Assembly (NCBI GenBank): GCA_016840855.1
Contig: JAEORO010000034.1
Span: 1 to 10,981, forward strand
Reading direction: 5' to 3'
DNA: 10,981 nucleotides
From: Candidatus Thorarchaeota archaeon
Lineage (GTDB): Archaea; Asgardarchaeota; Thorarchaeia; Thorarchaeales; Thorarchaeaceae
Below the pieces are notes generated by a model. The model had not been told where the DNA came from, did not search any database, and worked only from the letters and a program-made list of their open reading frames with translations. Shown here piece by piece: positions 1 to 6,746 of this stretch (the first letter of the stretch is position 1; every line of letters starts with the position of its first letter). The translations under genes were made by a program, and so were the position numbers.

Positions 1-2
1 AT

Positions 3-617
3 TCTGCAACTGTTTCTGACCTCTCTGATGATACAGGAATTCATCACGCCAATCTGTACTCAATACTTGATGCCCTAGTTGGAAAGGGACTAGTTATTCA
101 ACAAGAGGGTCGTCCAAAGGTATACCAATTCGCTCCACTTTCGCATCTAAAAGAAACTCTAACATCAAAACTGAAGCAGTTGTTTGAGGATCTCTCGAAG
201 CTTCAAGAGTCGAGAGTTGCTACAACCACTATACCTGCGCTCATATACACAATTCGCGGGAAAAGTGAGGTCAAGTCAAAGATGCTCTCTATGATTTCAA
301 GAGCTCAGGAAGGCATTCTTCTTGTAGCACCATCACTTGAAGATTTAGGCGAAGATTTTACTGTAGCACTAGAGGAAGCTACAGGGCGGGGCGTGAAAAT
401 TCGTTCAATCTTAGGAACAACAAGCGAAACAAAAATTCTACATTTCCAACAGCGTATTAAGGAAGATACACTAGCAATCGACATAGTAATTGACTCAGAG
501 GAAGCACTAATATCAATGCCAGACCAGGGAGTGTGTGGTTGGACAGACAACCCATTGATATCGATGCAACTCGAGGGCTTTCTCGAACAGACTTGGCAAA
601 TCTCAAAAAAGGTGTGA
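3..617 (+). CDS. TrmB-family transcriptional regulator (5'-truncated by window edge)
   Basis: Frame 3 is open from base 3, well upstream of the 180 ORF call: SATVSDLSDDTGIHHANLYSILDALVGKGLVIQQEGRPKVYQFAP is a TrmB-type winged HTH (L..KGLV...GRP..Y). It is followed by a linker helix and a TrmB C-terminal-type domain (RGVKIRSI, IVIDSEEALI). Stop TGA at 615-617. Confidence 0.85.
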   Translation, partial: SATVSDLSDDTGIHHANLYSILDALVGKGLVIQQEGRPKVYQFAPLSHLKETLTSKLKQLFEDLSKLQESRVATTTIPALIYTIRGKSEVKSKMLSMISRAQEGILLVAPSLEDLGEDFTVALEEATGRGVKIRSILGTTSETKILHFQQRIKEDTLAIDIVIDSEEALISMPDQGVCGWTDNPLISMQLEGFLEQTWQISKKV

Positions 618-620
618 TTC

Positions 621-1991
621 ATGACCGATTACGATGTAATAGTTGCAGGTGCTGGAACCGGAGGCGCGACCACTGCGTACACACTTGCCAAGAGAGGTCA
701 TTCAGTGCTTCTCATAGACAGAAAAGAAAAGGACAATATTGGTAACAAAACTTGTGGGGATGCTCTAGGCTCTCACCATATCACTGAGCTAAGAGAACTG
801 GTCGGTATCCCAGAGTTACCAGCTGGGATAGTTGAATATGATGTAAATGGTATTGACCTCATTTCTCCAGACAGAGAACACAGATTGAGAATGCAAGGAC
901 CAACAACTACAGGTATGTCTTTCAATAGACTGAAGATGGGTCAATGGTTTGTTGGACTCGCGGAAAGCGCCGGAGCAGAAGTACAAGCATCGACTCGAGT
1001 TAAGAAATTAGTTTTTGATGCTGGAAAAGTTGCTGGTGTAAGACTATCCAAGGATGGAGGACCAGAGAAAGAGATCACAAGTCGCATTGTTGTCGATGCT
1101 ACTGGTGCCACAGGAATGCTCAGAATGCAACTCCCTGAAAGTTCACCAGTGGAACGCAACATTGCTGCTGAAGACAGAATGGTCGCTTGGCGAGATATCT
1201 ATGAAACTCCAGAATTTAATTTTGAAACCCCCGACATACTGGAAATCTTCTGGAATCAAGAAGAAACCCTCGGGGGGTATACGTGGGTCTTCCCCCAAGG
1301 AAAGAATCGTGTTAATGTTGGAAATGGCGTTATGACAATTGAAGGGCATCGTAATCCAAAAGATATTCAATACGATTTTGTAAAGAAGACATGGATGGAC
1401 AAGTGGGGAGAGCTCAAAGTCATTGATAGTAGTGGAGGAGTTGCACCCATAAGAAGACCAATTGATACCATGGTTGATGATAATTTCATGCTTGTCGGAG
1501 ATGCTGCTTGCCAAGTGAATCCGATTCATGGTGGTGGTATAGGTTCATCTCTTTTGGGTGGCGCTCATGCAGGAATTGTCGCATCTGAAGCACTCGAAAA
1601 GAATGACACCTCTATCGAAGCGCTCTGGGATTACAACCCAAAATATCACAAAAGCTATGGCTCAAAACAAGCTGCACTCGATGTCTTTAGATGGTTCCTA
1701 TTGAACATCACAAATGAAGATATTGACTTTGCTTTCAGAAAACAAATCATCAAAGCCAGTGATCTTCTTGACACATCCATGACTGGAGAAGTAAAGTTTG
1801 GAGCAGGAGAGAAGTTCAAGCGTCTCGTAGCAGGTTTTGGTAAAATACCCTTACTACTCCGAGTGTCGAAGGTCGCAGGTCTCATGAATGACATTCGTAG
1901 GGTCTACAGAGAGTATCCTTCCTCACCAAAGGGTTTGTCCGCTTGGAAAGAAAAGCTTGTGCCGATTTATGCTGCAGCTAAAGAAGCATGA
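621..1991 (+). CDS. Geranylgeranyl reductase family FAD oxidoreductase (digeranylgeranylglycerophospholipid reductase-like)
   Basis: N-terminal Rossmann motif DVIVAGAGTGG; KTCGDA with the conserved Cys; VVDATG; GGYTWVFP (YxWxFP substrate motif); VGDAACQVNPIHGGGIG. From memory it resembles Sulfolobus acidocaldarius GGR over its full length, including the C-terminal YGSKQAALDVFR region. RBS-like AGGTG at 610-614. Confidence 0.92.
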   Translation: MTDYDVIVAGAGTGGATTAYTLAKRGHSVLLIDRKEKDNIGNKTCGDALGSHHITELRELVGIPELPAGIVEYDVNGIDLISPDREHRLRMQGPTTTGMSFNRLKMGQWFVGLAESAGAEVQASTRVKKLVFDAGKVAGVRLSKDGGPEKEITSRIVVDATGATGMLRMQLPESSPVERNIAAEDRMVAWRDIYETPEFNFETPDILEIFWNQEETLGGYTWVFPQGKNRVNVGNGVMTIEGHRNPKDIQYDFVKKTWMDKWGELKVIDSSGGVAPIRRPIDTMVDDNFMLVGDAACQVNPIHGGGIGSSLLGGAHAGIVASEALEKNDTSIEALWDYNPKYHKSYGSKQAALDVFRWFLLNITNEDIDFAFRKQIIKASDLLDTSMTGEVKFGAGEKFKRLVAGFGKIPLLLRVSKVAGLMNDIRRVYREYPSSPKGLSAWKEKLVPIYAAAKEA

Positions 1992-2048
1992 GAGACAAAG
2001 CGATGTTTGCATATTGGAGCATGTTGAAGCCTTCCTGAGGTCAACTTG

Positions 2049-3029
2049 ATGCGTGTGGTTGGATCTGCAATGGGAATTGAGTTGCATGCTCCAGACGATG
2101 CATATTTTTCCTATTTCAATAGTCCATACATTGGGCATGACATCGGTTCTGCAATAGATATCTATCCTCACCATCAAGAATGGAATGGTGATGTTCTAAC
2201 TCCAGTCACAGGTAAGATAGTAAGAATAAAGAAAATGAAAATGGGTCAGCCAAAGAAGTTTCCTACAAACGATTATGACTATGGAATAGGAATACGTCCT
2301 GATGAATCCCAAGCAGATATTGTTCGTATAATGCACTGTGAGCCAAATTCGTCAGAAGGAGAATCAGTCATTGTGGGTGATTGCATTGGGAAAGTAATTC
2401 GCTCTCGTTTCTTCAACTTTTGGACTGGACCTCATTATCATGTTGAAATCATGCCCTTGGAGTCTTTTTCGCGTTCAAGCAAATCATATCCACTCGAATT
2501 AGGATATAAGTTTGAATCGAAAACTATTCAGTCTTCTAAGGGCAAAATTGATTTTTTAGTGAAATCCGTTAGCAACGACCATGTAATAGGATATGCTGAA
2601 AATCTTGGATATAGCTCAATTGGTAACTTATTAGGACTCTCTGCAACAAATGAGGAAAAACAGAGGACAGGAATTCTTGATGGAGGTCTTTCACACTACA
2701 AAATTGGTGGAGTAATTGGTACTGATACAATGAAACTAGGTTCACACGTACATCTAAGAGATTCTTCAGTAGGTGCTGTGAGACACACCAAATCTGGTGC
2801 ATCTCTTTTCATGCGTGGACCTTCAATAACAACATTCTTAGATCAAACAGAATTACGAGGAATTTCATGCTTCATTTACACTAAACATTATACTAGAAAG
2901 AAGACACCACAGCTAATTCTGATTCCGAAAACATATGGTCAGTTCATAGGTTTGCTCCAGGAAGGAGACCTTTGCGAGCTCCGAATAACCAACAATAGCA
3001 ACATGGTTAAAGCAGCTTTGGACAAATAG
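2049..3029 (+). CDS. Uncharacterised archaeal protein with N-terminal M23/LytM-like (duplicated hybrid motif) putative zinc site
   Basis: FSYFNSPYIGHDIGSAIDIYP (His 2136, Asp 2157), TPVTGKIV, IMH (2334), VIVGDCIG and WTGPHYHVEI (2433-2441) follow the order of M23 motifs (H..D, AP..G.V, H, V..G..IG, TGPHLH.E). No signal peptide or TM segment seen. ATG 2049 is preferred over TTG 2046 because of GAGGT at 2037-2041. Confidence 0.65.
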   Translation: MRVVGSAMGIELHAPDDAYFSYFNSPYIGHDIGSAIDIYPHHQEWNGDVLTPVTGKIVRIKKMKMGQPKKFPTNDYDYGIGIRPDESQADIVRIMHCEPNSSEGESVIVGDCIGKVIRSRFFNFWTGPHYHVEIMPLESFSRSSKSYPLELGYKFESKTIQSSKGKIDFLVKSVSNDHVIGYAENLGYSSIGNLLGLSATNEEKQRTGILDGGLSHYKIGGVIGTDTMKLGSHVHLRDSSVGAVRHTKSGASLFMRGPSITTFLDQTELRGISCFIYTKHYTRKKTPQLILIPKTYGQFIGLLQEGDLCELRITNNSNMVKAALDK

Positions 3030-3032
3030 AAG

Positions 3033-4022
3033 ATGATGAATTTGGTTGAGAGAGTTCGCTTATCCTTGGGTACAGCCATTCAGATTGGAATTGAACCAGG
3101 AAATAAAGATCCAAACTTTACGACTGCATTCCTGATGACCTATCGTATGAATGGATGTGAAGCGAATTGTGCGTTTTGTCCGCAAGCTCAAGAAAGTACC
3201 TCTGCATCAGACAGACTATCGCGAATCTCTTGGCCAGATTATGATTTCAGCATAGTAGTTCAGAGATGGCCAACATCAGATCTGTTCAGAAGAATTTGCA
3301 TTCAAACTATTTGTTATCCCGAGGTAGTCCAAGATGCTATCGAGATTGCTTCTGAATTGAGAAAGATCACCAAAATCCCAATTTCTGTAGCAGTCCATCC
3401 AATATCCAAAGATAATATGTTTAGATTGAAGGAGGCTGGAGTTTCAAGCATTGGTATCGCCCTTGATGCGAGCACGCAGGAATTATTTGAGGATATTAAA
3501 GGAAAAAATCGCGGAGCTACTTACAGATGGAAATCTCATCGTCTGGGTCTTGAGAATGCGCTGCAGATATTTGGCAAAGGAAATGTTACTACCCATCTCA
3601 TTATTGGTTTAGGGGAAACAGAAAAAGAAGCGGCAGATTTCCTTATTGAAATGTATGAAACCGGGATTAGTGTTGGATTATTCGCTTTTACAAATATCAA
3701 GGGTACTTCGCTTGAAGACAAGTCGCCGCCAAATCTCTCTTCGTACCGAAGGATTCAGGTAGTAAGACACTTGATTTCTCTGGGCATCCTAAAATCTGAA
3801 CAAATAAATGAAAATACAGATGGCAGTATTTCACTTGGTGTCGATAGCAAGATAATGCGAGAAGCCTTATCATCAGGAGCGGCATTCCAAGTAACAGGTT
3901 GTAAAGGTTGCAATAGGCCATTCTATAACGAAAGACCTCGTGGTCCGATGTATAACTATCCACGAAGTCTAAGTCAAGATGAAATATCGAAGGCAATCGA
4001 AGATACAGATTTGGTGGCGTGA
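3033..4022 (+). CDS. lipS2: Radical SAM protein, LipS2-type archaeal lipoyl synthase subunit (biotin synthase-related)
   Basis: CX3CX2C = CEANCAFC (3156-3179), then LSRISWP, RICIQ and HLIIGLGETE. C-terminal VTGCKGCNRPFYNERP (from 3891) matches the TXGCPXC(N/D)RP signature described for Thermococcus kodakarensis LipS2 with two substitutions. Directly abuts a lipoate ligase gene. Confidence 0.82.
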   Translation: MMNLVERVRLSLGTAIQIGIEPGNKDPNFTTAFLMTYRMNGCEANCAFCPQAQESTSASDRLSRISWPDYDFSIVVQRWPTSDLFRRICIQTICYPEVVQDAIEIASELRKITKIPISVAVHPISKDNMFRLKEAGVSSIGIALDASTQELFEDIKGKNRGATYRWKSHRLGLENALQIFGKGNVTTHLIIGLGETEKEAADFLIEMYETGISVGLFAFTNIKGTSLEDKSPPNLSSYRRIQVVRHLISLGILKSEQINENTDGSISLGVDSKIMREALSSGAAFQVTGCKGCNRPFYNERPRGPMYNYPRSLSQDEISKAIEDTDLVA

Positions 4023-4790
4023 ATGGAACAAATCCGGTTCATTGACTTGGAAATACACACCGCATTTGAGAACATGGCTATTGATGAAGCTATAATGCTT
4101 GCCTTGAAGGAGGGTATTGTTCCACCAACACTTAGACTATATCGGTGGAATCCATCAGCTGTTTCAATTGGAACCTTTCAGGGTATGTTGGATGAAGTAG
4201 ATGTTGATTTCTGTAATTCGCGAAGTATCGATTTCATTCGGCGAATTACTGGCGGTGGAGCAGTATATCACGATTTTGAGGGAGAAGTAACATATAGCAT
4301 AATTTTACCGAAAGGACATAGATTGGCTCCAACAGACATTCTGGAATCATACCGGCTACTTTGTAGTGGGATAATCAAAGCTTTAAATCATCTAGGAATT
4401 GAAAGTGAATTCAAACCTATCAATGATGTCAATGCTGGTGGCAAGAAAATCTCTGGAAATGCGATGACACGTCGCCATAGCTGTATGCTACAACATGGAA
4501 CTATCTTGCTTGATCTAGATGTTAATCTTATGTTTTCAATCCTCAAAGTACCGCAGGAGAAAATCTCAGACAAGATGATTGCTGATGTGAAAGAACGAGT
4601 AACCTCGATAAGAGATATTCTTGATAGGGATGTATCTATTGGCGAATTACAGGATGCTCTCAAAATAGGATTCTCAGAGGCTTTGAAGATCGATTTGACC
4701 CCTGACAGACTTAGTGACGCAGAACTGCACACTATGAATAAACTCGTTCAGGACAAATATACTACTCATGAGTGGAATTTCTCTAGGTGA
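4023..4790 (+). CDS. lplA: Lipoate-protein ligase catalytic subunit (LplA / BPL_LplA_LipB family)
   Basis: NMAIDEA, PTLRLYRW, SIGTFQ, RRITGGGAVYHD (4239-4274), KPIND, GKKISGNA (catalytic Lys), QHGT. Lacks the accessory C-terminal domain, which is the next gene. Confidence 0.93.
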   Translation: MEQIRFIDLEIHTAFENMAIDEAIMLALKEGIVPPTLRLYRWNPSAVSIGTFQGMLDEVDVDFCNSRSIDFIRRITGGGAVYHDFEGEVTYSIILPKGHRLAPTDILESYRLLCSGIIKALNHLGIESEFKPINDVNAGGKKISGNAMTRRHSCMLQHGTILLDLDVNLMFSILKVPQEKISDKMIADVKERVTSIRDILDRDVSIGELQDALKIGFSEALKIDLTPDRLSDAELHTMNKLVQDKYTTHEWNFSR

Positions 4791-4795
4791 TTAAC

Positions 4796-5083
4796 ATGTT
4801 AGAATCTAGCTATAAGGTTCCAGGGGGCAAACTTGTAAAGGTTAAACTTCAGACTTCTATGGGTAAAATAGACGCTATTAAGATACTTGGGGACTTCTTT
4901 CTGCATCCAGAAGAAACAATACTGAAAATTGAAGAGTCATTAATTGGCGTAGGTACTCAAGAGCGTGTTATTGAAAAAAGAATTTTCCAGACTTTGAAAG
5001 AATTTGATGCAACACTCGTTGGTGTGACAGCGAGAGATATAGCTAAGACAATAATGATGGCATGGGAGTCTGATAAAGTCTAG
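4796..5083 (+). CDS. lplB: Lipoate-protein ligase accessory (C-terminal domain) subunit, LplB-like
   Basis: YKVPGGKLVKVKL...I.GDFFLHPEE...IE..L.G is typical of the LplA C-terminal domain / archaeal LplB. AGGTGA RBS at 4785-4790 overlaps the lplA stop and favours ATG 4796 (alternative GTG 4787). Confidence 0.88.
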   Translation: MLESSYKVPGGKLVKVKLQTSMGKIDAIKILGDFFLHPEETILKIEESLIGVGTQERVIEKRIFQTLKEFDATLVGVTARDIAKTIMMAWESDKV

Positions 5084-5604
5084 ATTGCGTCAATAGAGAT
5101 TTTTAGACGCTTTCGTCCAACATCAGTGACATTTTCAATTGTAATTTGTGATTTCTCTAGTTTCATCTCAAATTTGTCTTCAATGCCAAGATAGACGCTC
5201 TCTAGTTTTTCAATTGGTGGCTCTGGAACCAAGTCTTTGATACTCTGAGGTTTAATTGGAATTGAAACATCACTTGATCCTTGGAGATTCCAGATTGTGG
5301 ATACAATATTACTGGCTTTCTCTTTGTCGGCCAAGGGTGTAATAGCATCTATGAAACTCTTTGCTAGATCTTTACCAAAAGGACTTACAGTCATAGGCCC
5401 TCCAATCCAATCTCTGTCAAGGTACAAAACTCCTTGGTGCACCTTTTGAGATCTATCCACCTTCATTTTCACATCGATGAATTCTTGAAAACCACCGGGT
5501 TTGAGATGAATCTCTTGCATCCCATCTATCATGGGTCTTCTTCCACTCTCTGTGAAATTGAAGAACGAGAATAACTCAGTTTCTCGTAGTTCATCATAAC
5601 TCAT
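5080..5604 (-). CDS. Hypothetical protein (174 aa, soluble, alpha/beta)
   Basis: Long ORF with protein-like composition. GGAGGT RBS on the - strand (5619-5614) supports ATG at 5604 rather than 5649. Its stop overlaps the lplB stop within CTAG 5080-5083. No family recognised. Confidence 0.75.
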   Translation of the reverse strand: MSYDELRETELFSFFNFTESGRRPMIDGMQEIHLKPGGFQEFIDVKMKVDRSQKVHQGVLYLDRDWIGGPMTVSPFGKDLAKSFIDAITPLADKEKASNIVSTIWNLQGSSDVSIPIKPQSIKDLVPEPPIEKLESVYLGIEDKFEMKLEKSQITIENVTDVGRKRLKISIDAI

Positions 5605-5717
5605 CAAATTCGTACCTCCCGGGAGATTAAATAAAAGACAACTATACACATTAGCCTTTCCCTGTTTTAACTCGACATATCTTCATGGGTCTGATGTAAT
5701 CAAAAATATCTAATGGA

Positions 5718-6668
5718 CTAATCAGTGGAATTAGTAGCGCGTTTGGTTTGTATATATTGTACTGCAGCTACGCTGAGAGCCAAAATAATCAATCCTACCC
5801 AATCAAGAGGTTCAGGATACTCTCCTAGAAACATGAATGACAGAATGACAATCTGCGGCATCATAGTACTATTGATGAGCGTCATATCCACTGCTCTCAA
5901 AACCCGCATAGCTCTGTTCCATAGTGTGAAGGCAAGCGCTGTGTTTACAACTGCTAACCACAAGATGTAGAACCAAGATGTCAAAGATAGTGAGGTTATC
6001 GGTTCAGATATCAATGCAGCTAACATGAGAAAGATTGCACCGATGGTCATCATGATTCCAGTAACAGCAAGTGGAGGTGTATCTCGTGAGCGATTAATTG
6101 CTCGTCCAATAATTGCTGAAACTGAATTTGACAGAAGACTAGCAACACCAATGACGAGCCCGATTATAGACACACCTACAAAATCCAGTGGATAGAAATA
6201 CAAAAACACACCACAAATACCAGCAAGAACAAGAAGTATCTCGACCGTGGAAGGTCTTTCTCCAAGCCATGGAATCGCTGAAATGAGCACTATAATTGGC
6301 GTGAGGTTCAGAAGAAGTGATAGAGTGATTGCAGGGAGATAAAACAAAGCAAGAAACTGAGTACCTTGAGTAGCAGTAATATAAAAACAACCATAGACGA
6401 AAAGCATTCCCCACCACTTTCTTGATCGACCTTTTATTGAAAGGCGTACTTCTGACTGAACGAGAATTAATGCCAACAATACTATTGACGCAATAGAATA
6501 TCGTAATCCTGCGTATGTCAAAGGAGGAATATCTTTTAGACCCCATTTAATAATAACAAATGATGAAGACCATAATACTGTCACAATCAATGCTTCAACA
6601 ACTGCTATAATGCGGATACGTCTGGAGTCTTGAGTATCTGGCGATGTCAATTCCTCCAAAATTGTCAA
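5718..6668 (-). CDS. EamA/DMT family transporter (~10 TM)
   Basis: LWSSSFVIIKWGL..IPPLTYAGLRY, LLLNLTPI...LGER, YILWLAVVNTALAFTLWN.A, P......FLGE: two EamA repeats. Start is uncertain: TTG 6668 lies 9 nt after AGGTGA (6683-6678); the alternative is TTG 6677. Confidence 0.92.
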   Translation of the reverse strand: MTILEELTSPDTQDSRRIRIIAVVEALIVTVLWSSSFVIIKWGLKDIPPLTYAGLRYSIASIVLLALILVQSEVRLSIKGRSRKWWGMLFVYGCFYITATQGTQFLALFYLPAITLSLLLNLTPIIVLISAIPWLGERPSTVEILLVLAGICGVFLYFYPLDFVGVSIIGLVIGVASLLSNSVSAIIGRAINRSRDTPPLAVTGIMMTIGAIFLMLAALISEPITSLSLTSWFYILWLAVVNTALAFTLWNRAMRVLRAVDMTLINSTMMPQIVILSFMFLGEYPEPLDWVGLIILALSVAAVQYIQTKRATNSTD

Positions 6669-6720
6669 ACGATACAATCACCTGACAAATCGATACATTG
6701 AAGTAAGAATTAATGTTATG

Positions 6721-6734
6721 CCGTCGTAAGACGG
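6721..6734. promoter_or_regulatory. Inverted repeat CCGTC-GTAA-GACGG between divergent eamA and HTH-10 genes; candidate operator
   Basis: Perfect 5-bp GC-rich arms with a 4-nt spacer in an AT-rich intergenic region. It is flanked by TATA-like AATTAATG (+, 6708-6715) and ATATAAAC (-, 6744-6737). Function is inferred. Confidence 0.45.
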
Positions 6735-6746
6735 GTGTTTATATGT

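Noticed and set aside
180-617. ORF-track start at TTG 180 for the first gene
   Set aside because: The frame is open back to base 3 and encodes the TrmB HTH, so the true start lies upstream of the window.
2023-2045. Possible archaeal SECIS (GAA bulge followed by GC-rich stem) after the GGR TGA
   Set aside because: The base opposite GAA is C rather than A, it lacks the eukaryote-like AUGA/GA core, and no TGA in the window falls at a conserved Cys position; the GGR ends at the expected length.
2049-3029. Secreted antibacterial peptidoglycan hydrolase
   Set aside because: No signal peptide, TM anchor or recognisable cell-wall-binding domain; embedded in a cytoplasmic cofactor operon.
3033-4022. 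Biotin synthase BioB or classical LipA
   Set aside because: Lacks the LipA CX4CX5C motif and the BioB YNHNLD motif; has the LipS2-type C-terminal CxxCNRP and lipoate-ligase context.
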